From assembly GCA_020633295.1 (NCBI GenBank), contig JACKDW010000001.1, positions 1,277,828 through 1,341,827 of the forward strand: a stretch of DNA of 64,000 bases, read 5' to 3'. The first letter of the stretch is position 1. Every line of letters starts with the position of its first letter. Below the pieces are notes generated by a model. That model searched no databases, was not told the DNA's origin, and saw nothing but the letters and a program-made list of their open reading frames with translations. Made by a program: the position numbers and the translations under genes. The stretch comes from Myxococcales bacterium (GTDB taxonomy: Bacteria; Myxococcota_A; Polyangia; Nannocystales; Nannocystaceae). Of this stretch, positions 22,608 to 35,635 are shown piece by piece.

Positions 22608-23726
22608 GTGATGGGCACCGACGCACACAACGACAGCTACGCGGCGCTGTTCGCCGCGCTCCCGACGGCCGTGTTCATCATCAAGGAGGGGCGCCTCGAG
22701 CGAGTGAACGCGGCCTTCGCCGAGCTGCTGGGCAAGGCGCCGGACGAGCTCCACGGCACCCCGATCACCGAGCTCATCGCGCCCGAACACAGAGAGCTCG
22801 TCGTCGAGCGCTACCGCAGTCGACTCGCCGGCGAGGACGTCCCCGCGAACTACGAGTTCAACCTCCTGCGGCGCGACGGCTCGCGCCTGCCCGTGACGAT
22901 GGAGGCGCGCGTCGCCGAGCTCGGCGGCGAGCGCGTGACGATCGGGACCATCACCGACATCCGCGAGCAGCGACGCGCCAAGCAGCTGCTCGCCGCCGTC
23001 GCCCGCGGCGCGCCCATCGTGATCTCCGCCTACGACCGCGACGGGGTCTTCGAGCTCCAGACCGGCCGCGGCCTCGAGAAGCTCGGCCTCGCGGAGGACC
23101 AGCTCGTCGGCCAGAGCGTGTTTGATGCCTTCGCCGGGGCCGACGCCGCGCTCACGCAGATCCGCGCCGCGCTCGCGGGCGAGACCACCTACAACACCCA
23201 GGACCTCGGCGAGAGCATCTGGGACAACTGGTTCATCCCGCTGCGCGACCTCGCGGGCGAGGTCAGCGGCGCGCTCTCGATCTCGACCGACGTCACCGAC
23301 CGCGAGCGGACGCGCGCCGAGCTGCAGCGGCGCATCGAGATCATCGAGGCGCAGACGCGGGCGATCCGCTCCATGGCCGCGCCGATCATCCAGGTGTGGG
23401 CGGACGTGCTCGTGCTGCCGATCGTCGGCGAGCTCGACCGCGAGCGCGCGGCCGAGATGACCGAGCGCCTGCTCTCCGAGCTCGCGGCCCGCCAGGCGCG
23501 GCACGTGATCCTCGACCTCACCGGCGTCGAGGCGATCGACTCCGACACCGCGGGCCTGCTCCTGCGCGTGCTGGCGGCCGCGCAGCTGCTCGGCGTGAAC
23601 GGGCAGCTCTCCGGCATCCGCCCCGACGTCGCCCAGGCGCTGGTCTCGGCCGGCATCGACCTCTCGCGCGTGTCGACGGCGGCCACGCTCCACGACGGCC
23701 TGCGCCGCTGCATGGCCGCGAGCTAG
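22608..23726 (+). CDS. PAS-PAS-STAS sensor (anti-sigma-factor-antagonist-like output)
   Basis: Two PAS-like segments, then a SpoIIAA/STAS domain (VLVLPIVGELDRERAAEMTERLL…HVILDLTGVEAIDSDTAGLLLRVL). Confidence 0.7.
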   Translation: MMGTDAHNDSYAALFAALPTAVFIIKEGRLERVNAAFAELLGKAPDELHGTPITELIAPEHRELVVERYRSRLAGEDVPANYEFNLLRRDGSRLPVTMEARVAELGGERVTIGTITDIREQRRAKQLLAAVARGAPIVISAYDRDGVFELQTGRGLEKLGLAEDQLVGQSVFDAFAGADAALTQIRAALAGETTYNTQDLGESIWDNWFIPLRDLAGEVSGALSISTDVTDRERTRAELQRRIEIIEAQTRAIRSMAAPIIQVWADVLVLPIVGELDRERAAEMTERLLSELAARQARHVILDLTGVEAIDSDTAGLLLRVLAAAQLLGVNGQLSGIRPDVAQALVSAGIDLSRVSTAATLHDGLRRCMAAS

Positions 23727-24021
23727 CCCCCGCGACGAGCGCGTCGAACACGTCGACACGATCGCGCGCCCGAGCGGGCGTCGGACCGCTGCACAAGCGA
23801 CCTCCCCCCTGCGGGCGAGCGCGCGCGAGCGCGAGCGCGTCCCTTCGAAGGTCCATCACGGCGCCGCAGCGTCAGCGCGCAGACGAAGAGAAGCTCTTTT
23901 TGAAAAAATTCGACGGGGGCGCGTAGGGATTCGCTCCCGCCTGACACGGGGAGGATAGAGGCCGCAGGCGGCCTCGCGGACCTCACCCTCACCCTCGTGA
24001 CAGGCAACGGAGCGAACTACG

Positions 24022-24450
24022 ATGACGAACTTCATGGAATTTTATCAGAACGGCGGGATCTTCATGCACACCGTGACGCTGACCCTCGTCGGCGCGCTGG
24101 TGAGCCTCGCGATCCACATCACCACGCGCGCGCGCTCGCCTCGCCACCTCGACCTCGCCGCCGGGCTCGTGCGCGCCGGGGCGCTGTTCGGCGCGCTCGG
24201 GACGGTCATGGGCCTCATCGAGACCGGCATGGCGCTCTCGACCATCGGTGACCTGGCTGTTTGGCCACGCGCGCTCGCGCGCGCGCTGCCGATCGCGCTC
24301 TACCCGACCGCTTGGGCGCTGCTGTGCGCCTCGCCGGTCGTCGCGGCGCTCTGCGTGCTGCGCTTCCGGCACGCGCGCGTACGCGAGTCGCTCGCGCCCC
24401 GCGACGGCCACGCGCGCCTCGCCGGGAACCTCCACGCGACGGCGCCGTGA
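24022..24450 (+). CDS. Minimal MotA/TolQ/ExbB-family membrane protein (142 aa, 3 TM)
   Basis: N-terminal MEFYQNGGIFMHTVTLTLVGALV resembles the ExbB/TolQ start. The conserved GALGTVMGLIETGMAL (ExbB LGTVxGM motif) is present, but the ~90-aa cytoplasmic loop is absent. Confidence 0.55.
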   Translation: MTNFMEFYQNGGIFMHTVTLTLVGALVSLAIHITTRARSPRHLDLAAGLVRAGALFGALGTVMGLIETGMALSTIGDLAVWPRALARALPIALYPTAWALLCASPVVAALCVLRFRHARVRESLAPRDGHARLAGNLHATAP

Positions 24451-24459
24451 GACCGGGGC

Positions 24460-25629
24460 GTGTTCGAGGCCTTCGAATCGTCGCACCACTTCATGACCGG
24501 CTTCGCCGCGTGGACCGGTCTCCTGCTCGCGGCGCTCGCGACCGCGGTCCCGGTGCTGCAAGCGCTGGCGGCCGCGGCCGCGTATCTCAGCCGCGCGCTC
24601 CGGCGCGCGCTCGCGGTCACGCGCCGCCCCGCCGCTCGCGTCGCGCTCTCGCGGCACCCGCTGCGGCCCGACCTCCCGCGCGGGCTCGTGACGCTCGCCG
24701 CCCACACGCGCGTGCTGCTCGCGGCGCTCGAGCCCGCGCTGGCGGGCGCGCACCTCTGGCGCGACGGCGTCGCGCCGCGCTGGCTCGGCGACCCCGCGGA
24801 CCGCGAGTACGCCCCGACCATCGGCGTGACGGGCGAGGTCTGGGCCTGGCTGCAGAGCGCCGAGTCGCTGGGGGACGACTGCGCCAGCGAGCCGACGCTC
24901 GAGCCCGCGATCGCCCGCGTCCGCGCGGCGCTGTTCTCCGGCGTCCCGCTCACGCGGCGACTCGAGGCGGTGGCCGAGGCGCTCGTCTCCTTCGACCTCG
25001 GCCTGCGCGAGCGCGCCCCGCTGCGCTACCGCGGCGCCGCCCTGGCCGAGCCCCCGCGCCTGCGTCATGTCCACGAGCCTGACGGCGAGGTTCGCGGCGA
25101 GCTTCGCGGCGAGCTCGGCGAGCACCTCGAGGACGACGACGCCGAGGATCCACGCGCGCTGCGAGAGCGCCGCTTCAACACCGTGCTCGCGCGGCACGAC
25201 GCCTCGCTGCGCGCGGTCGCCCGCCGCTACGCCCGCGGCAGCGCCTGCGACGACCTCCACCAGGAGATCCGGCTCGGCGTGTGGAGGGCGCTGCCGGCGT
25301 TTCGCGGCGAGGCCTCGCTCAAGACCTACGCCCTGCGGATCGCGCGCTACTGCGGCGCGCGCTTCGTCCGTCGGCAGCCGCGCCACGAGCCCGAGCTCGA
25401 GCTCGTCGACGCCGGCCCGAGCGCCGAGGAGACCCTCGACGCGCGCCGCCGCGAGGCCGCGCTGACGCGCGCGTTCGCGGCGCTCCCGGAGACCCAGCGC
25501 GAGGCCCTGCGCCTCAAGCTCGCCGGCTGCTCGTACCGCGAGATCGCGACGCGCCTGAACATCAGCGAGACCAACGTCTCCGTCCGGATCACGCGGGCGC
25601 GCAAGTCGCTGCGTCCGCGCCCGGCCTGA
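24460..25629 (+). CDS. ECF sigma factor fused to a ~200-aa N-terminal membrane-anchored extension
   Basis: The C-terminal 190 aa has sigma region 2 (FNTVLARHDASLRAVARRYA…LHQEIRLGVWRAL) and region 4 (ALPETQREALRLKLAGCSYREIATRLNISETNVSVRITRARKSL). There is no ATG/GTG/TTG in frame between the TM segment (FAAWTGLLLAALATAVPVL) and region 2. Confidence 0.7.
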   Translation: MFEAFESSHHFMTGFAAWTGLLLAALATAVPVLQALAAAAAYLSRALRRALAVTRRPAARVALSRHPLRPDLPRGLVTLAAHTRVLLAALEPALAGAHLWRDGVAPRWLGDPADREYAPTIGVTGEVWAWLQSAESLGDDCASEPTLEPAIARVRAALFSGVPLTRRLEAVAEALVSFDLGLRERAPLRYRGAALAEPPRLRHVHEPDGEVRGELRGELGEHLEDDDAEDPRALRERRFNTVLARHDASLRAVARRYARGSACDDLHQEIRLGVWRALPAFRGEASLKTYALRIARYCGARFVRRQPRHEPELELVDAGPSAEETLDARRREAALTRAFAALPETQREALRLKLAGCSYREIATRLNISETNVSVRITRARKSLRPRPA

Positions 25630-25644
25630 CCGATCTGTGGCACA

Positions 25645-26172
25645 GTGAACGCGATGGACGACGTGAACGCGACGGACGACGCGCGCGAGCTCGCCGATCT
25701 GCGCAGCCGACTCGACGCGCTCGAGTCGACGCTGTCAGGAGCGCCGCTCGTCACTCTTCACGTCGTCGCGACCCCCGCGGGTCCGCTGCGCGTCGCGTTG
25801 ACCGAGCGCCTCCGTCAGCGCAGCAAGAAAGCCCGCGCGTGGAAGTGCCGCGCGATGCTGCAGACGCTGAAGAACGCGCGCTACGGGTTCCTCCCGGACC
25901 GTCCGCGCGCCCGCGGCGGGCTCGACGGCATCTTCCTCGTCGATCGCCGCTTCCGCCCGGTCAACGCGATGATGCGCAAGCTCTTCGACGGCTTCCTCGA
26001 CAAGCCGGGCTCGCCGGCGTCCGCCATCGCCGACGCGCTCGGCGTGCCGCTCGCGACGCTGCTGCCGGTGCGCCTCGTCTCGCACCACATGCGCCTGCTC
26101 GGCCTGCTCACGCCCGATCTCGACGGCGACGGCCGCGTGCTGGTGCTGGTCGACCTCGACGCGAGCGAGTGA
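25645..26172 (+). CDS. Hypothetical protein downstream of the ECF sigma
   Basis: 175-aa ORF with reasonable composition, 16 bp after the sigma stop. No family recognised. Confidence 0.4.
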   Translation: MNAMDDVNATDDARELADLRSRLDALESTLSGAPLVTLHVVATPAGPLRVALTERLRQRSKKARAWKCRAMLQTLKNARYGFLPDRPRARGGLDGIFLVDRRFRPVNAMMRKLFDGFLDKPGSPASAIADALGVPLATLLPVRLVSHHMRLLGLLTPDLDGDGRVLVLVDLDASE

Positions 26173-26283
26173 CGAGGTCGGTCGACCACGTCCTCCTACG
26201 CGGTCCTCCGCGACGCGGTCCGCGACGTCATCGCCCGAGGACGTCGCGCCGCCGTGATAGCTTCCCGGTCGGAGGAACGACGC

Positions 26284-27981
26284 ATGCGCCCATCTCGACC
26301 TTACTCCCCACGCTGGCTGCTCTCCGCGTGCGTGGCCATGACCGCCTGCTCCGGTGACGACGGCGCCAGCGGGAGCGACTCCGCGTCCACGACCAGCGAC
26401 GACGCGACGGCCGGCTCGGCGAGCAGCGCGACCGACACGACCGCGGGCGCGACCGCGGGCGCGACCTCGTCTCCGACGAGCGCGACGTCATCCCCGACCT
26501 CGTCTCCGACCTCCTCTCCGACCTCCTCTCCGACCGACGCGACGTCGTCGCCGACCGACGCGACATCTTCGCCGACGACGACCGACGCCGCGACCGACGC
26601 CACGACCGACGCCACGACGACCTTGACGACCGACGGCGCGACCTCGGACACGGGCGAGTGCGTGGGCGCCACGGCCTCGCTCACGCGCCCCGCCGACCCC
26701 ATCGTGCTCCGCGGCGCCGACCTGAGCGACGCCGACTGGGGCGGGCTCGCGCCGCAGCCCGGGGACATCGTCGCGTTCCGCTACGAGGGCGGCTGGCAGC
26801 AGATCCCGGTGCAGATCGACGAGCGAGACACGGTCTCGTTCTCCGACGTCTACAACGTCCAGAACAACTTCGACTGGGCGCGCGAGGACTACACCGACGC
26901 GGGCACCTTCACCGGGCCCGACGCCGACCCGACCTTCGACGACAACGACGAGCTCGTGCTGATGGCCCGCGACGCCGGCGACGAGGCCTGCGCCGCCGCG
27001 CCTGCGCCCGACGGCGTGACGCCGGGCAGCGGCGTCGAGCTGCGCGTCACCGACCCCCTGGATCAGGGCGAGGGCTTCGTCTACCTGTTCGTACAGGAAG
27101 GTGGGCTCGACCCCGCGGCCGGCGCCGCCTACGTCACCTACAGCTTCAACCTGCTCTCGGGCGCCTACAAGGCGACCTACGACACGCTCGACGGGCCCAA
27201 CCCCGAGAACACGACGATCGAGACCGACGCCTACACGCGCCGCTTCGCCGACCGCTGGATCACCGACGCGCTGCACATCACCGCCGGCGACGCGAGCGGG
27301 GTCGACATCCTCGATCGCCACAAGGCGCAATTCCCCGGCACCTGCGTGCGCAGCGAGGACACCTTCTCCAACGCCGAGGGCGCGTTCGTGGTCAACCGCG
27401 TCGGCCCGATCCGCGCGCTGCGATCCTACGTCGGCGCCAACAGCGGGCCGCTGACCCAGCGCACGCACCTGTTCTACGACCGCCGCGAGGACGTGATCAC
27501 CGACCTGCGCGTGCACGGGATCCCCGGCATCATGGACTTCTACGACTACGGCCCCATGGCCGCGGGCATGACCTACACGAGCGAGCTCGAGGGCGGCGGC
27601 GAGACGATCGACGGGGCCCCCGACACGCCCGCCGCCGGCCTGCCGACGTGGGAGCTCGTCTCGGGCGACCAGGGCTCGCTGACCCACGTGAGCTGGGTCG
27701 AGGCGTCGTTTAACGTGGCGGGGCTCGGCCACTGGTACCTCGACGACACGACGCCCAACGGGGTCGCGCAGTGCACGGGCGACACCTGGGCGTACGGACA
27801 GCACGGCCTGCTGATCTCCGGCAACATCCCCAACACCGACCCGCTCATGCAGGCGGCCCAGACCTTCGCCGGCCACCGCGTGCTCTACTACGACGCGCCG
27901 GGGCTCGACGACGCGGGCGCGAGCCAGCGCCACGACTGGGTGCACACGCCGCCGACGGTCGAGGCCGTCGCCTGGCCGTAG
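26284..27981 (+). CDS. Secreted lipoprotein with a Ser/Thr/Pro-rich linker
   Basis: Lipobox CVAMTACSG, a TSSPTSSPTSSPTD repeat linker, and a large globular domain. Confidence 0.7.
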   Translation: MRPSRPYSPRWLLSACVAMTACSGDDGASGSDSASTTSDDATAGSASSATDTTAGATAGATSSPTSATSSPTSSPTSSPTSSPTDATSSPTDATSSPTTTDAATDATTDATTTLTTDGATSDTGECVGATASLTRPADPIVLRGADLSDADWGGLAPQPGDIVAFRYEGGWQQIPVQIDERDTVSFSDVYNVQNNFDWAREDYTDAGTFTGPDADPTFDDNDELVLMARDAGDEACAAAPAPDGVTPGSGVELRVTDPLDQGEGFVYLFVQEGGLDPAAGAAYVTYSFNLLSGAYKATYDTLDGPNPENTTIETDAYTRRFADRWITDALHITAGDASGVDILDRHKAQFPGTCVRSEDTFSNAEGAFVVNRVGPIRALRSYVGANSGPLTQRTHLFYDRREDVITDLRVHGIPGIMDFYDYGPMAAGMTYTSELEGGGETIDGAPDTPAAGLPTWELVSGDQGSLTHVSWVEASFNVAGLGHWYLDDTTPNGVAQCTGDTWAYGQHGLLISGNIPNTDPLMQAAQTFAGHRVLYYDAPGLDDAGASQRHDWVHTPPTVEAVAWP

Positions 27982-28029
27982 CGCGGCGGGCACAACCCGC
28001 CTCGCGCGACATGTCCCATAAGACCTGTC

Positions 28030-28663
28030 TCAATCGGCGTCGCCGGGCGCCGTGACCGGCAGCCCGAGCGAGCGCAGCGCGCGACGCAGCGGGCCGATCG
28101 CGCCGCGGTCGTAGCGGATCCCGACGACGCCGCGGGCGCGCGCCGGCGCCAGCGCGCTGTCCTTGTCGTCGACGTAGGCGATCGCCGGCGGCGGGCAGCC
28201 GAGCACCTCCAGGAGGATCTCGACGAAGCGCGGGTCGGGCTTGGTCACGCCGTGCTCGTAGGACCACACCTCGTGGCGAAACAGGTGGCGAAACGGGTGA
28301 CGGGCGTCGAGGTGCTCGACGCGGCTGCGGATGTTGCCGGAGAACGCGACCAGCGGGACCTCGGCGTCGTGGAGCTCGCGCAGCAGCGAGAAGATCTCGG
28401 GATCCGGCGCATAGCTGGCATACCAGGCGTCGCGCAGCGCGTCGCAGGTCAGGCCGGCGGGCAGACGCGGCGCGGCCCAGCGCCAGAACGCATCCTCGTC
28501 CATCGTCCCCGCGCGCAAGGCCTTGGCCTCGGGAGCGCGGAGCAGCGCGATCGCGGCGCGGTGCTCGGGCGCGAGACGCCCGGAGTCAGGGAGCGCGCGC
28601 GTCCCGTCCGCGAACAGCACGCCGCCGAGATCAAAGGCGCAGAAACGGATCGTCGAGTTCACG
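28030..28663 (-). CDS. HAD-superfamily hydrolase (subfamily IA-like)
   Basis: GTG start. Motif I is FDLGGVLF, and motifs III/IV are KPDPRFVEILL…AYVDDKDSAL. Confidence 0.65.
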
Positions 28664-28785
28664 CGCTGTAGCCTACACAACGCCGGGGACGATCGCTGAT
28701 CGCGACGACAGCGCGAGCGGCGCCCGCCGGCGACGATTTTTTCGTTGCACGCACAAGGAACACGGAGTGGCATACTGGGTGGGCT

Positions 28786-32871
<4,086 letters not shown>

Positions 32872-32978
32872 GCCGAAGAGGGGCCGCCGGAGGACGGCGA
32901 GCGCCACGACGCCCGTCTCATCCCTCCGCGAGTTCGGTCGCGCCGCGCTGCGCCGCGATTGTATGGTCGGCTGATCGC

Positions 32979-33635
32979 TCACGGAGCGCCGCGTCGGAGC
33001 CCGCGCTCGAGCAGCGAGAGCGCCGCGTCGACCACCGCCAGCGCGTCCTCGCGCCCCAGCGACTGGGCCGCCGGGTCGAGCGGATCCGTCACGCCGGCCC
33101 GGGCCAAAAACGCGCGCATCAGCCCCTCGCTCAGGAGCCCGTGGACGAGCGGGACCACGAGCTCGAGCGACAGGTCCCCGCGCACCGAGCCTTCCTCCTG
33201 CCCGCGCGCCAGCTGCTCGCGCAAGAACGCCTGCGCCGCCGCCTCGCTCGACGCGCGCAGGCGCGAGATCTCGGGGTCCAGGCTCGGCTCGACCGAGCGC
33301 AGGGCGACCCGCGCCCAGCGGGGGCTCGCGGCGATGAACAGCAGGCCCTGGGCGTACAGCCAGCGCAGGCGCGCGTACAGATCCGCGCCGGTCGGCGGCG
33401 GCGTGGCCGAGACCGCCTCGAGCTTCTTCCGCCCTGCCTCTTCGACCAGCCACGTAAACAGCTCGCGCTTGCCGTCGAAGTACTGATAGAGGCTGCCCTT
33501 GGCGATCCCGAGGCGCGAGACGACCCGGCTGATCGAGGCCTGATCGTAGGGTCGCTCGGCGAACTCCTCGAGCGCGACCTCGATGATCCGCTGCCGCTTG
33601 TCCGCCGGGAGATTGAAGAACGTCGCGCGAGGCAC
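32979..33635 (-). CDS. TetR-family transcriptional regulator
   Basis: N-terminal HTH …YDQASISRVVSRLGIAKGSLYQYFDGKRELF. GTG start. Confidence 0.85.
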   Translation of the reverse strand: MPRATFFNLPADKRQRIIEVALEEFAERPYDQASISRVVSRLGIAKGSLYQYFDGKRELFTWLVEEAGRKKLEAVSATPPPTGADLYARLRWLYAQGLLFIAASPRWARVALRSVEPSLDPEISRLRASSEAAAQAFLREQLARGQEEGSVRGDLSLELVVPLVHGLLSEGLMRAFLARAGVTDPLDPAAQSLGREDALAVVDAALSLLERGLRRGAP

Positions 33636-33650
33636 ACTTCGGTCCTTGAC

Positions 33651-33693
33651 GATGTGACTGGGCAGTCATAGCATATGACTACCCAGTCACATC
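33651..33693. promoter_or_regulatory. Probable TetR operator: 20-bp inverted repeat (one mismatch) with a 3-bp spacer
   Basis: GATGTGACTGGGCAGTCATA-gca-TATGACTACCCAGTCACATC read directly, 16 bp upstream of the TetR start, in the divergent promoter shared with the Coq4-like gene. Confidence 0.7.
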
Positions 33694-33706
33694 GGAGAAT
33701 TGAGAC

Positions 33707-34339
33707 ATGACGCGCCTTGAGGTGTTCCGTGAATTTCGCGCCGCTATGGCCGATCCCGAGCGTCTTGGTGATGTCCCGGCGCTCAAGAGCGAGCTCGGCG
33801 GCACGCGCGCGTATCCCGAGATCGAGGCCCAGCTCGACGGCGTCCGCGGCTTCCACCCCACGCTCGATCTCGAGGCGCTCGCGCGCCTGCCCGCCGGGAC
33901 ATTCGGTCACGAGTACGTCCGCTTCCTGCGGGTCAACGAGCTCAAGCCCATCGTCCTCACCGGCGCGCTCGATCCGGAGCTCGTGGCGCGCAACGCCTTC
34001 GTCGTCCGCTACGGGATCATCCACGACATGGTGCACGTGCTCACCGGCTTCGACACCAGCTGGCCGGGCGAGGTCGGCGTGTGGGCCTTCGTCGGCGCCC
34101 AGCGCTGGAGCCGGACGTTCCGCGTCGCCGGGGTGGCCGCGCTCCTCGTCGCGCTGTTCTTCAGCCCGCTGCGGCTCGGCCGCGCGTGGGCCAGCTTCCG
34201 CCGCGGTCGCGCCATGGCGAGGCGCGCCCCGCTGCTGATCACGCTGCGCCTCGAGGACATGCTCGAGCGCGACCTCGAGGAGGTCCGCGCCGAGCTCGGC
34301 CTCGCCGGCGCGGGCCCGGGGTACTTGCCGAGCGCGTAA
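33707..34339 (+). CDS. Coq4-family (ubiquinone biosynthesis protein Coq4-like) protein
   Basis: HDxxH-type motif IIHDMVHVLTGFDTSW…E characteristic of Coq4. SD ggaga before the ATG. Confidence 0.6.
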   Translation: MTRLEVFREFRAAMADPERLGDVPALKSELGGTRAYPEIEAQLDGVRGFHPTLDLEALARLPAGTFGHEYVRFLRVNELKPIVLTGALDPELVARNAFVVRYGIIHDMVHVLTGFDTSWPGEVGVWAFVGAQRWSRTFRVAGVAALLVALFFSPLRLGRAWASFRRGRAMARRAPLLITLRLEDMLERDLEEVRAELGLAGAGPGYLPSA

Positions 34340-34396
34340 CGGCTGAGCCGCGCGCGCTCCACCGCGCGCGGCCATCATCCGCTACCCTGCGGCTCG

Positions 34397-35239
34397 GTGC
34401 CCGCGTTTCACTGTGACCTCGCGCTGGCGCGTCGACTCGAGCGCGCCAACGCCCTCGACGGGGAGGACGCCGCGCGCGCGGAGGCCACCCTGTTCCCGGG
34501 CCGCGTCGACGTCGCGATCGAGCGCGTCGCCGGCGGCTCGCTGATCTTCTGCGGGGTCGACTCCTTCCTCAGCCACGCGCTCGGCCTCGGCCTCGACGGG
34601 CGCCGCGTCTCCGACGAGGCGCTCGATCAGCTCGAGCGGTTCTACTTCTCGCGCGGCTCGCGAGCCGAGCTCGACCTGTGCCCGCTCGCCGACGCGTCGC
34701 TCGCCGGGCGCCTCGTCGATCGCGGCTTTCGCCCCGATCACTTCGAAGCCGTGCTCGTCCGCCCGCTGCGGCCCGGCGAACCCGCGCGCGCGCCCGAACC
34801 GCCCGCTGGCGTCACGCTGCGCGAGGCCGGCCCCGAGCACACCGAGGCCTACGCCCACGGGCTCGCGGCCGCCTTCGCGACTGCGGACGAGCGCGAGCTC
34901 TACGAGCTCATCGCCGACGTCGGCCGCAGCTCCTTTCATCGCCGGGCTGGCCCGAGGATGATGGCCTGGGCGAGCGGTGACTCGGCGCCCGTCGCCGCCG
35001 CCGCGCTCAACCTCCACGAGGGCGTCGCCTGCCTCAGCGGCGCCTGGACGCGGGCGGACCACCGCCGTCGCGGCATCCAGCGCGCGCTCATCGAGGCGCG
35101 CCTCGTCCTGGCCGCGCGCGCCGGCTGCACGCTCGCGCAGGTCGTCAGCGACCCGGGCTCCGCGACCCAGCGCAACGCCGAGCGCTGCGGCTTCATCCCC
35201 GCGTACACGCGGCTCGTGCTCAGCAAGCCGGCGCCGTAG
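34397..35239 (+). CDS. GNAT-family N-acetyltransferase
   Basis: The C-terminal RRRGIQRALIEARLVLAARAGCTLAQVVSDPGSATQRNAERCGF matches the acetyl-CoA binding motifs A/B. Confidence 0.7.
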   Translation: MPAFHCDLALARRLERANALDGEDAARAEATLFPGRVDVAIERVAGGSLIFCGVDSFLSHALGLGLDGRRVSDEALDQLERFYFSRGSRAELDLCPLADASLAGRLVDRGFRPDHFEAVLVRPLRPGEPARAPEPPAGVTLREAGPEHTEAYAHGLAAAFATADERELYELIADVGRSSFHRRAGPRMMAWASGDSAPVAAAALNLHEGVACLSGAWTRADHRRRGIQRALIEARLVLAARAGCTLAQVVSDPGSATQRNAERCGFIPAYTRLVLSKPAP

Positions 35240-35635
35240 CGGCAAGCGGACGCCTTGGCTGTCCCTCTCGCCATCTCGACAGCGAGACCCGTATACAGCT
35301 CGGCACGAGCGCGCTTCACGCCCTCGCCCGCGGCGAGGCGGCGGCGCGAGGCGGCGGCGCGAGGCGACGCGCGGACGCTCGCGCGGGCTGCTCGGAGCGC
35401 GCGCACGCGCGGCCCGCGAGCGCGCGCGCGGGGATCTGCCCGTGCGCAAAAATGTCGCTAGAGACATGTATAAGCAGTCGCCCGCGCGCACGCGCGCACG
35501 CGCCGCCGCCAAACACTGTCCCATAAGACATAAATAAAGAGACATGTTTATTCAAACATAATCAAACAACCACGCTCACGCGGCGCGCGAGCGCGGCGAC
35601 TATGGCGCGCGCGCGGGCTCCCGTACCGTGGTCAG

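Noticed and set aside
24460-25060. Calling the N-terminal half of 24460..25629 a separate ExbD/TolR-like gene
   Set aside because: There is no in-frame stop and no usable start before sigma region 2, and no recognisable ExbD periplasmic-domain motifs. I treated it as one fused ORF.
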